From NCBI GenBank assembly GCA_964473825.1, contig CAYYQL010000017.1, forward strand, positions 17,582 through 49,581: a stretch of 32,000 nt of DNA, read 5' to 3'. A program made the translations under genes and the position numbers. Origin of the DNA: an uncultured archaeon (GTDB lineage: Archaea > Asgardarchaeota > Thorarchaeia > Thorarchaeales > Thorarchaeaceae). Positions 22,212 through 29,884 of this stretch are shown in pieces; position 1 is the stretch's first letter, and each line of letters begins with the position of its first letter. The notes beneath the pieces are model-generated. The model did no database searches, was not told the DNA's origin, and saw only the letters and a list, made by a program, of their open reading frames with translations.

Positions 22212-23345
22212 TCATAGTCCTATCCCAATAGTGTTTCCTATCCCAGCCAGGATCACCCGATCGCCTTTCTTAGTTCGCTTCATTATCGCAGTCTTGATGC
22301 GTTCCAATGCCTCGGGAATGGCATTCAGTAGCTCCTTCTGCATGATGCCCACTGCGGCCTTCTCGTCTTCCTTTACAACAAGAGCCTCAAGAGGAATGCT
22401 ATTCTTCCTAGCTACTTCTTCTATTGCATACTTCTCAGGACCTGGATCTCCTATTGCAGCCCCTGTGCCCTCTGATACCCGGCCGAGTTCCTCACCTTCG
22501 AGTTTGAGTGCTGCGTCTATTGTTATTATACGAGAGATATCACCATTGTTCTGCTTGACAAGATTTTCGATGGCCAAGCCTGGTTTTCCCACAGTACCTC
22601 CCGGTCCTGTTGCCCTGACCGCAAAGAGAGTTCGTCCCTCAACATCGACAGGATAGTAACCGACTTCGCGTGCAAGACCATCAACATAACTCTCCTTCGC
22701 TGCACCGTACTGGCGTGCAAACTTTGTAACAATTAGTGGGCCTATACCGTCACCAATTGGCTTTCCAACCGAGAATGCCCCCATGGCCTGAAAGTATGCC
22801 TCTGCAATACGCAACAGCTCGGGAAGCTGCATCTGTATCTGCATAATCATTATTTGGCTCCCATACTTCTTGCCAAGAATATAGTAGTGCCGAACGACAC
22901 GGAAGATGAGATTCATAACCTGAGTCACCTCAAGTGTGTTCTCAAGATTCTGCCGCATTTTTCCATCGGCATCTGGAGCTAAATCACCAACAAACTCCTC
23001 GAAACGATCTCTTCTCTCATCCAGAAGATGATCTAGTCGTTGAATGACCCCGGCCGGATCGAGATCGACCGGCATGATGGTGAAGTAGTCAAGCCAGCGG
23101 TCGAGATCACCAGCAACTTCATCTTCAGACCGCCCGAATCCTTTGAAGGTGTCAATTGCGGTCTGCCTAGATTCCAAGAACATCCGCTTTAGCTCTAGAA
23201 GGCCTGATTCAATCTGTTTGAGCCATTGCCACATCTGAATCTTCTGCCCATAGAGGCTGAAGAGCATGATGAAGGCAAAGAATGCAAGATTGATTATCCA
23301 ACTGAATTCGTTGGGCTCTCCGCCGAACTGCATAGGTATCATCAC
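22212..23345 (-). CDS. DUF1512-like archaeal protein of unknown function (N-terminal TM)
   Basis: 377 aa with an N-terminal TM (WIINLAFFAFIMLFSLYG), a long helical middle and a Gly-rich C-terminal domain (ATGPGGTVGKPG...GTGAAIGDPGPEKYA...LAGIGNTIGIG). The family assignment is from memory of the DUF1512 architecture. Confidence 0.6.
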   Translation of the reverse strand: MMIPMQFGGEPNEFSWIINLAFFAFIMLFSLYGQKIQMWQWLKQIESGLLELKRMFLESRQTAIDTFKGFGRSEDEVAGDLDRWLDYFTIMPVDLDPAGVIQRLDHLLDERRDRFEEFVGDLAPDADGKMRQNLENTLEVTQVMNLIFRVVRHYYILGKKYGSQIMIMQIQMQLPELLRIAEAYFQAMGAFSVGKPIGDGIGPLIVTKFARQYGAAKESYVDGLAREVGYYPVDVEGRTLFAVRATGPGGTVGKPGLAIENLVKQNNGDISRIITIDAALKLEGEELGRVSEGTGAAIGDPGPEKYAIEEVARKNSIPLEALVVKEDEKAAVGIMQKELLNAIPEALERIKTAIMKRTKKGDRVILAGIGNTIGIGL

Positions 23346-23373
23346 GACCTCTGGTGTTTTCGCTTTAATCGTT

Positions 23374-23429
23374 TCTATCTAGGAGATGGGAATGCAAAAA
23401 CAGTGGTCCTAGCAGACTACCTAGATAGA
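23374..23429. repeat. Perfect 10-bp inverted repeat TCTATCTAGG ... CCTAGATAGA (36-nt spacer)
   Basis: Arms at 23374..23383 and 23420..23429, between the DUF1512-like start and the 5S 3' end. Confidence 0.8.
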
Positions 23430-23445
23430 TCCCCAATGTGGATTC

Positions 23446-23477
23446 AGATATCCCTTGCACCAACGGGGGGAATATCT
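23446..23477. repeat. Imperfect inverted repeat AGATATCCC ... GGGAATATCT (one bulged A)
   Basis: Arms at 23446..23454 and 23468..23477, with a 13-nt loop. Confidence 0.7.
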
Positions 23478-23556
23478 TTAGAGGAACGGGAAGCAAAACT
23501 CTTGTGTAGATGAGGCTCGCTTATCACATCACAAGAAGTAATTGATGAAAAGAATG

Positions 23557-23672
23557 TGGCAGCTTGAAGGCTTGTCACGGGCTCGCGCACCGCACAGTTC
23601 CTTCAACGGCATCGGGCTTGACTTCCGGGTTCGGTAAGAGACCGGGTATTTCACCGACACCTGTGGCCGCCA
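23557..23672 (-). rRNA. rrf: 5S ribosomal RNA (stand-alone copy)
   Basis: Minus strand: TGGCGGCCACAGGTGTCGGTGAAATACCCGGTCTCTTACCGAACCCGGAAGTCAAGCCCGATGCCGTTGAAGGAACTGTGCGGTGCGCGAGCCCGTGACAAGCCTTCAAGCTGCCA. It contains the conserved CCGAACCCGGAAGTCAAGCC and GTGCGCGAGCC blocks. Helix I is TGGCGGC/GCTGCCA. Ends are accurate to about 3 nt. Confidence 0.9.
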
Positions 23673-23698
23673 TCAAGACACAAAAATTACGACGTCGG

Positions 23699-23706
23699 TT
23701 TTAAAG
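23699..23706 (-). promoter_or_regulatory. TATA box CTTTAAAA for 5S rRNA
   Basis: Located 26 nt upstream of the inferred 5S 5' end, which is canonical archaeal spacing. Confidence 0.6.
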
Positions 23707-23738
23707 CTTGCCTTGTGTGAGTAGTCGCCTTTGAGGAA

Positions 23739-24581
23739 CTACCACATCTCAGTCTGCTCAAGCATCGGACGTCCGATTCTTTCAAAAGGAAGACAAAGTA
23801 CACCTCTGATGTGTAGGACTGTTAAGACAAGAAAGACAACTCCTCCAACTATCAGCGACAAAGCTAAGAATCGATCGAATACGGCCAAGAGAGGCGTTCC
23901 GACACTGGTGGCCACTTGAATGGTTCGATAGTCAGCAACATAGGAGAGATTCTCTGTGCTGTTCAACGTTGCATTTTCTGGAGTGAGATCGTTGTAGTTC
24001 TTCTCAAGAAGTATCTCGATTGTGCCATTCGAAACGCTCTTCTTTGAACCATCACCCAAAACGAATGTCAGGCGGTCAAACACTAATCGGCCACCGAAGT
24101 CGGGAATGATTCTCGATATTGCATCACCGTCCATGAGAAAGCTCCTGTAGACCAGCGTTCCATCCTTAAGGGAATCAGTTATTGTGAACATCGGTTTATC
24201 TGGAAAGTGGTCAGTGAGATAGCCCGCACTGTCATGCCACCAAGGGTAGAATGCAATGCCGTCTACCAGAATATCACTCAATACTGTTCGACCAAGGATG
24301 GTTCTTCCATAGTAGAATCCTAGATATGCACTCATATGGTGCTGGCTCACCGTGGGATGGTGATGCCGGTAGAAATAAGATATTGTGAACACAGCCCGAA
24401 TCAGCAGGGCCTCTGTGCCGTCGTCTAGCTGAAATGAGGCACGGTAGCTGAACGAGTCTATCTCGAAAACAGCAGAGACTGGAGGGCCGCCATCATCTTG
24501 AGAACGAGCTATCGGCAGGCCTGCAATTGGCAGGATAAGAAGCATTCCAATCAGTGCCAACTTACGGTTGTGACTCATCAA
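23739..24581 (-). CDS. Hypothetical secreted/membrane-anchored protein (N-terminal signal peptide, C-terminal TM)
   Basis: MMSHNRKLALIGMLLILPIAGLPIARSQDD is signal-like, and the C-terminus has the TM LALSLIVGGVVFLVLTVL. The middle has no recognised domain; note the His-rich YRHHHPTVSQHHM. Confidence 0.6.
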   Translation of the reverse strand: MMSHNRKLALIGMLLILPIAGLPIARSQDDGGPPVSAVFEIDSFSYRASFQLDDGTEALLIRAVFTISYFYRHHHPTVSQHHMSAYLGFYYGRTILGRTVLSDILVDGIAFYPWWHDSAGYLTDHFPDKPMFTITDSLKDGTLVYRSFLMDGDAISRIIPDFGGRLVFDRLTFVLGDGSKKSVSNGTIEILLEKNYNDLTPENATLNSTENLSYVADYRTIQVATSVGTPLLAVFDRFLALSLIVGGVVFLVLTVLHIRGVLCLPFERIGRPMLEQTEMW

Positions 24582-24711
24582 GATTTTGCCTCCAGTGTAT
24601 AGCTATTGGATACTGGATAAAAGGCACTTTCCGTTTGAGCAAATTTGCATACAGGAAACAAGCTGATAGAATTGGTGGGGCGGATGGGATTCGAACCCAC
24701 GATCGACGAGT

Positions 24712-24770
24712 TTCGCCAGGCGACAGCATTCATTGACCCTATTAGTTCTTGGCTCTAAATGAGCCGAGAT
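24712..24770 (-). other. tRNA-Trp anticodon-loop intron (37/38), 59 nt
   Basis: ATCTCGGCTCATTTAGAGCC...GCTGTCGCCTGGCGAA. It has an internal GGCTC/GAGCC hairpin, and GTCGCC can pair with exon GGCGAC. No convincing C/D boxes were seen. Confidence 0.6.
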
Positions 24771-24790
24771 CTGGAGCCCGTCGCCATACC

Positions 24791-24821
24791 GTTGCAGACC
24801 ACGTTGAAACTCAACGCGATT
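24791..24821 (-). other. tRNA-Trp non-canonical D-loop intron (about 17/18), 31 nt
   Basis: AATCGCGTTGAGTTTCAACGTGGTCTGCAAC with a CGTTGA-GTT-TCAACG hairpin. Boundaries are inferred by restoring the canonical D-loop and may shift by a few nt. Confidence 0.5.
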
Positions 24822-25000
24822 GACTAGGCCACCGCCCCGAGCATGGTAGCAGGTACCATTGAAATGCGAACAGGCCAGCGGATGATATGAAGGTTTCTGT
24901 GCATCGAGGATTAGTTGGTCTCAGATGCTATCGAGTCGTGTGTGAAAGCGTCAAGGCGTGAGGGTAATAAGCAATAGAATATGTAGAAGGGGCTAGGATT

Positions 25001-25678
25001 ATGAAAGACTATCACCGTAGTGCAGGTATGGATGAGGCTGGCCGAGGACCAATGCTGGGCCCGATGGTAGTCTGTGGCGTGGTCTTTGACCCAGAAGGAT
25101 GTCGTCAACTTGACAATAGCAATGTCAGAGATTCGAAGATGGTGACTCCTCGACAGAGGCTGGAGCTTTATGACAAGATACAAGAAACAGCGCGAGGTAT
25201 TGCCATCCGGAGCATTCCTGCAGGAGAGATAGATAGGAAGAGAAAGAGGGGAATTTCACTTAATCACATAGAAGCAGTAGCCTTTGGGGCTATCTTAAGA
25301 GAGTTAGAGCCTGAAGTGGCGTACATGGATGCAGCCGATGTGAATTCTTGGCGCTTTGGCGAAACTGTGTTCCGATTATCAGGTCTCAGACCGGGGCAGT
25401 GCAAGGTCGTTTCTGAGCATAAGGCAGATGAAAGGTACAAAGTAGTAGCGGCTGCTTCAATCATTGCAAAGGTGATTCGTGATAGGTTCATCAAGAGTCT
25501 ACAAACTGATTTTGGTGACATTGGTTCTGGATACCCAGGAGACCCAAAGTCTATCCGTTTCGTGCGAGAGTGTGTAAAGTCGAGGAGGATCCCCCCATTT
25601 GTGAGACAGAGTTGGGAGTCAGTTAGAGTGATTATAGAGGAGTTCGGTGGCAGGCAATTGAAACTTGACGAGGTTTGA
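25001..25678 (+). CDS. rnhB: Ribonuclease HII
   Basis: AGMDEAGRGPMLGPMVVCGV (DEAGRG catalytic motif), ...AYMDAADV..., ...EHKADERYKVVAAASIIAKV, at about 225 aa. Confidence 0.9.
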   Translation: MKDYHRSAGMDEAGRGPMLGPMVVCGVVFDPEGCRQLDNSNVRDSKMVTPRQRLELYDKIQETARGIAIRSIPAGEIDRKRKRGISLNHIEAVAFGAILRELEPEVAYMDAADVNSWRFGETVFRLSGLRPGQCKVVSEHKADERYKVVAAASIIAKVIRDRFIKSLQTDFGDIGSGYPGDPKSIRFVRECVKSRRIPPFVRQSWESVRVIIEEFGGRQLKLDEV

Positions 25679-25680
25679 TT

Positions 25681-26640
25681 CTAAGTGGAACGCTCCGATA
25701 TTATTCTCTTCAGCTCGGTCGGTTTCTCGATTTCGTCTAGCTCTAGCTGACGTATAACAGCTAAATCAGAAACATTCTCGTCTGCTTCGCCTTCTTCCAC
25801 TATTATTACTGCATTCGCTTCCGAAACGTCGGATACGCTCTTTATGATTTCCATCCGTTTATTCAGCGCCCATGATTTCAGTGATCCAACCCCCGACATC
25901 AGCGGAGGGCCGTCTTCCTTTGCAGCGACTTGGAATGGGGCGCGGTCTGTCCACAAAACATTCATGCCAAGACGCTCAAAGAATTCATTGACCCTGAATT
26001 CCAGATTCGAGATAGTGTCACGGTTTCGTTGTTGCGTAAGTGGTTTCTGAACATGAGGTTTCGACAGCACATCTACGGGAATGACTAGATTAGTTTCGAG
26101 TACTTCCTCCAGACGTTCTGCAACCTCGGCACTAACATCCATCTCGTCCTTCTCATATGCAAGAATGGCACGAGCGGAAACCTGTACACAGTCAGCAAGC
26201 TCCTTCTTGGTGAAACGCCGAGATAGCCGAATCTCTTTCAGGATTGCTCCGTCAATAGCCACGAAACGTCCCCCCCGCTGTATGAACTCACGGGGGAGGT
26301 CGTTCTCCCGAATGACGCAATTGAGGCTAGGTGGTGCAATCGTAGATACCCCATAACGCTTGTAGACGACTCCCTCTTCCAAATCGCCCCTTCGATTTTT
26401 TAGACCAACTATCAGGGGAGTAGCGTTGAAGAACTGTGCCACGAGCTGGAGTGCAATAGCGTCTTCCTTTGTGAGTGCATCGATATTGGAGAGGATTTTA
26501 ATCAGAATGAGTCTATGGCTTCTCCTTGCTACTAAATCAAAACAACTAGGCCTCATATCACACTTAGATGACAGACTAAACCCGGTGGCCTCTAACTGAG
26601 AGATGACCTCTTCAATCAGTTTCTGTCTAGCCTTTGTCAT
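25681..26640 (-). CDS. Conserved archaeal ~320-aa putative HTH (Xre-type) transcriptional regulator
   Basis: Central HTH (LKEIRLSRRFTKKELADCVQVSARAILAYEKDE), flanked by N- and C-terminal domains. The architecture and the neighbourhood (next to fibrillarin/Nop5) match a family annotated as putative HTH-type regulators in many archaea (COG1395-like, from memory). Confidence 0.65.
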   Translation of the reverse strand: MTKARQKLIEEVISQLEATGFSLSSKCDMRPSCFDLVARRSHRLILIKILSNIDALTKEDAIALQLVAQFFNATPLIVGLKNRRGDLEEGVVYKRYGVSTIAPPSLNCVIRENDLPREFIQRGGRFVAIDGAILKEIRLSRRFTKKELADCVQVSARAILAYEKDEMDVSAEVAERLEEVLETNLVIPVDVLSKPHVQKPLTQQRNRDTISNLEFRVNEFFERLGMNVLWTDRAPFQVAAKEDGPPLMSGVGSLKSWALNKRMEIIKSVSDVSEANAVIIVEEGEADENVSDLAVIRQLELDEIEKPTELKRIISERST

Positions 26641-26969
26641 CCTTTCACGTTCCCGTGGAGAGTTAGGATATAATCCTTTTCAGGATTGCTGATTGTGAAA
26701 AGATTACCTCTTAGCCTTCCGGATGCAAACCATGACGATGCGTATAATTGTAGATCGAATTTCGAGGTCTGAACCAAGAGGGTGGCAAGACACTACATTT
26801 CTACAGCTCGAGGGAATTGCTCTATCCTTGATTGATATTTACCAGTAGTTGATAATCATAAGTCGCCCCTTTTTGCCGCTTGTCATGCAGCAGACGATTG
26901 GAAGAAAAGTGTAGAGGGGTCCCAGATGGTAATTGCTTGCATACTCAAGCAGAGTTTCTGGGAGCTATC

Positions 26970-27665
26970 TCAGACAGCTGTTTCTGTGACACGCACCAGT
27001 GCGAAAAGATGGTCCTTCTCGAACGGTTCGAGATTCACTTTCTCGACCAAGCCAAGCCCAGATTTCTCAATCTCTGACAACTCTTTGTTAAAGGCCTGAT
27101 TTATGGGAACTGATGAGTCGATGCTTCTTGCTTTGATTGCAATCATCCCCCAGGCACCAAAGCTGCAGAACTGTCGGATGTTGTCTGTAAAGATAGTTGC
27201 CTGATTAGGCTGGGCTATGTCTTGATAGACAATATCGATTGGTTCGGTGATAAAGGGAGAGTACTGTATTGGGTGTCTAGCATCATTCACAAGAGGTACG
27301 ATATTGGAACGTGACTGGGAAAGACTTAGCAAGTTGCGAGCCACCTTTGGAGAGAACTCAACTGCGTAGATAATGCCCTGCTCTCCAATTATGTCAGAAA
27401 CATGACTCACCGTCGTCCCAGAAGCTGCCCCAAGGTACAGAACCTTGGAGCCTTGTTGTATAGGCATCTCTCTAAGACCATTTCGAATAGCTGCGGATAG
27501 CTTGGATCTTCTAGAAGACCATAAGCGATATTCTACGCCATCTACATCCAAGACCTTTTCCCCATAGACGCTGCCGCCACCAGTCAAGGAACGTGTAGCC
27601 AGTGATGTCTTGCCTCTCTCTTCGATCATATAGACGCCCGGAAACTTGAATTTGGTTGCCTTCAT
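26970..27665 (-). CDS. flpA: Fibrillarin (rRNA/tRNA 2'-O-methyltransferase of box C/D sRNP)
   Basis: From ATG 27665: MKATKFKFPGVYMIEERGKTSLATRSL...YRLWSSRRSKLSAAI...KVLYLGAASGTTVSHVSDI (SAM motif). It begins 1 nt after the nop5 stop. The track's 45-codon N-terminal extension overlaps nop5 and is rejected. Confidence 0.92.
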   Translation of the reverse strand: MKATKFKFPGVYMIEERGKTSLATRSLTGGGSVYGEKVLDVDGVEYRLWSSRRSKLSAAIRNGLREMPIQQGSKVLYLGAASGTTVSHVSDIIGEQGIIYAVEFSPKVARNLLSLSQSRSNIVPLVNDARHPIQYSPFITEPIDIVYQDIAQPNQATIFTDNIRQFCSFGAWGMIAIKARSIDSSVPINQAFNKELSEIEKSGLGLVEKVNLEPFEKDHLFALVRVTETAV

Positions 27666-27666
27666 T

Positions 27667-28893
27667 CTAACGCCGTCCCTTCTTGTGTGATCTTCTTCTT
27701 GGTTCTTTCCTTGATGAGTCCCTTTGTCTTGTCTTGGGTGGTTCCTGCGGAGGGTCAGGATTCTGACGCCTAATCTCCTCCAAACGATTTTCGAATTCAT
27801 CTCTTAGACTCTCCCCAATACTCTTGTCAGAATACGCATCTACTTTGGCAGCTATTGCCAGCTTACCCGCTAATGCCCGGGCAATCTTGCCTCTCTGCCA
27901 GTACGGTGCAGTGTTGACAGAGGAGGCTTGAAAGATAATACCATGCTTCGGCGGGTCAGTTCCTGTTCTCAGACTTCGAAACAGAGCCTTTTCTGCACCA
28001 TAGACTTGTACAGTGCTTGAGGGTTTACGGGCAAGTGTTTCCAATGAACCTGCGAGACTGATCAGTCGAGCACCAATCAAGGGGCCAACAAGAGCAGAGA
28101 TATTTGGGGCAATCTCTGACATCAACTTTGTCACATGTTTCTCGAGCTCAGAACGTGTAGACATCAGGGAAGCGATACTTTCTGCGACCGCCTTGATTGC
28201 CTCAGCATCATCAGCAGGCATAGTCGTTCGAAGACTCTGAAGAATAGAATCATCCATTCCATGGAGTTTCGACTGATCTACACCATATTTACCGAGTGAG
28301 TCTTTATCAAGTGTGCCTTCGCTCATCTCGAGTACTATTCGGGCAAATACCTCGTATTCATCAACAATCGTGGGGAGTAGAGGGTCGTAGGTCGAGTACC
28401 AATCACTGAGACGCATTGCCAATAGATTGATTGATTTGTCAAATTCGTCGATAGCATCAATGGTATTTTTGATGGCCAAGTCCCTTTCCGAGGTGGCCGC
28501 AATGATTCGGAGTCGAGCTATGTTCATGGCGACTTCCCGCTTAAACTCTCTGAATGCCAATCGGGATTCAACCTGTTTCTGCTCTAGAAGAGCAGAGTCA
28601 TGTATGCTTGTTCTAAACCAACTAATCGGATCTGATGTCGGATTGACAGAAACCTCTATGTCAGTGTTTGATCGGATAATCCTGCCCAGTTCTGGGCTTT
28701 CAACAACAATGGCAGAAAGACCAGCCTTCTTCAGAATAGATGATAGTTCACTGGGCATATCTTCACCCTCGTTATCATGTAAGAACTCGGCAGCCCTCCC
28801 TGAATCTGGGTAGAATAGAGTACGGTCTAGGATTTTGCTCTCTTCGTCTATAAGGAACAGCCCGAATACAGTATTCGCAAGGTATGTGGCCAA
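27667..28893 (-). CDS. nop5: Nop5 (Nop56/58) box C/D sRNP core protein
   Basis: TTG start with GGAGTG upstream. Nop domain ...APNISALVGPLIGARLISLAGSLETLARKPSSTVQVYGAEKALFR...PKHGIIFQ. It has a basic C-terminal tail. Confidence 0.92.
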   Translation of the reverse strand: MATYLANTVFGLFLIDEESKILDRTLFYPDSGRAAEFLHDNEGEDMPSELSSILKKAGLSAIVVESPELGRIIRSNTDIEVSVNPTSDPISWFRTSIHDSALLEQKQVESRLAFREFKREVAMNIARLRIIAATSERDLAIKNTIDAIDEFDKSINLLAMRLSDWYSTYDPLLPTIVDEYEVFARIVLEMSEGTLDKDSLGKYGVDQSKLHGMDDSILQSLRTTMPADDAEAIKAVAESIASLMSTRSELEKHVTKLMSEIAPNISALVGPLIGARLISLAGSLETLARKPSSTVQVYGAEKALFRSLRTGTDPPKHGIIFQASSVNTAPYWQRGKIARALAGKLAIAAKVDAYSDKSIGESLRDEFENRLEEIRRQNPDPPQEPPKTRQRDSSRKEPRRRSHKKGRR

Positions 28894-28939
28894 TCTTCGC
28901 TCACTCCATCAAGGTAGAATAATGACTTAGCGGATAAGT

Positions 28940-29884
28940 TTGACTGTACTTCCCCCTTGGACAGGCCCGTTTCGCTTATTACATTCGCGTTGCTCTACGC
29001 AAACAGGTGTATACTTGAAGATACGAGGTTATTGGCTGGCATCTGGTGTTCTAGGCGTCACAGCATCAATTATGAAACGTGTTCATCGCGCCGGTGCAGA
29101 TGTCGTGGTCACCAAATCCGTAGGAATCAAACCACGAGAAGGACACCCAGGGCCAGTGATAACTGCATCACATGGTGGCCTTCTCAATGCGGTTGGTCTC
29201 ACAAACCCTGGTATAGATGAGTTTCTGAAAGAGATAGAAACTGCACAAAGGGGCGGTGTTCCTGTTGTAGTAAGTGTTTTCGGGAGTACTCCTGAGGACA
29301 TCATGTCTGTAGCAAAGACTGCTGCATCTGTGAAGCCTTCTGCTCTCGAACTGAACCTTTCCTGCCCCCATGCCGAATTCAGTCAAGTGGGCCATAGTCC
29401 AGACATGACGAGAGAATACGTTCGTGCGGTCAAGAGGGAAGTCGGATGTATGGTCCTCGCGAAACTTACGCCAAATGCATCAGATGTAGTGTCTGTTGCA
29501 AAAGCAGCAGAAGAAGGAGGAGCTGATGCGATAGTTGCTGTGAATACACTGCGGGGAATGCGAATCGATATCCAGCAAAGACGACCAATATTGGGGAATA
29601 GAGTCGGGGGTCTGTCGGGGCCTCCCATCTTTCCTGTAGCAGTACGGTGTGTGTATGAACTATGTGATGAGATTGCCATCCCGATAATCGGAGTAGGAGG
29701 AGTGAGTTCGTGGGAAGATGCCGTAGAGATGTACTTGGCCGGCGCAAGTGCGATTCAAATAGGTACAGCAGTGCTAGAGGGATTGAGCATATTTGACCGA
29801 ATACAGAGGGGCGTGACGGTTTATCTCGAGAACCATGGCTTCTCGGATGTAGAAGAGATTATTGGGGTGGCGAAACGTAGTTGA
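28940..29884 (+). CDS. pyrD: Dihydroorotate dehydrogenase, class 1B catalytic subunit
   Basis: ASGVLG...VVTKSV...PREGHPGPV...LLNAVGLTNPG...LELNLSCPHA (catalytic Cys)...NTLRGMRID...GGLSGPPIFPVA...IIGVGGV...AGASAIQIGTA. The start is uncertain: only TTG 28940 is available upstream of the conserved region, and the N-terminal ~20 aa are atypical. Confidence 0.88.
   Translation: MTVLPPWTGPFRLLHSRCSTQTGVYLKIRGYWLASGVLGVTASIMKRVHRAGADVVVTKSVGIKPREGHPGPVITASHGGLLNAVGLTNPGIDEFLKEIETAQRGGVPVVVSVFGSTPEDIMSVAKTAASVKPSALELNLSCPHAEFSQVGHSPDMTREYVRAVKREVGCMVLAKLTPNASDVVSVAKAAEEGGADAIVAVNTLRGMRIDIQQRRPILGNRVGGLSGPPIFPVAVRCVYELCDEIAIPIIGVGGVSSWEDAVEMYLAGASAIQIGTAVLEGLSIFDRIQRGVTVYLENHGFSDVEEIIGVAKRS

Larger units (their letters stand above)
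24673..24838 (-). tRNA. tRNA-Trp (CCA) carrying two introns (D-loop and anticodon loop), CCA encoded
   Basis: Minus strand: GGGGCGG TG GCCT AGTC[31 nt]GGTA TGGC G ACGGG CTCCAG[59 nt]A CTCGT CGATC GTGGG TTCGAAT CCCAT CCGCCCC A CCA. Removing both inserts restores a 73-nt cloverleaf plus CCA, with a canonical D-loop A14-G-T-C-G18-G19-T-A21. Confidence 0.8.

Noticed and set aside
26732-26772. Box C/D sRNA candidate (ATGACGA ... CTGA)
   Set aside because: The C box has a mismatch in the critical GA, there is no terminal stem or C'/D' boxes, and the C-to-D distance of about 41 nt is too short for a dual-guide sRNA.
27666-27800. 45-codon N-terminal extension of fibrillarin given by the ORF track
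   Set aside because: It overlaps the 3' end of nop5 and encodes a low-complexity basic peptide. ATG 27665 yields the canonical fibrillarin N-terminus (MK..KF.GVY) 1 nt after the nop5 stop.
28957-29220. Alternative-frame ORF over the pyrD 5' end, raising the possibility of a frameshifted pyrD
   Set aside because: All conserved PyrD blocks from GVYLK...ASG onward are in the 28940 frame, and the alternative frame has no convincing similarity. The atypical N-terminal ~20 aa are more simply explained by divergence and start-site uncertainty.
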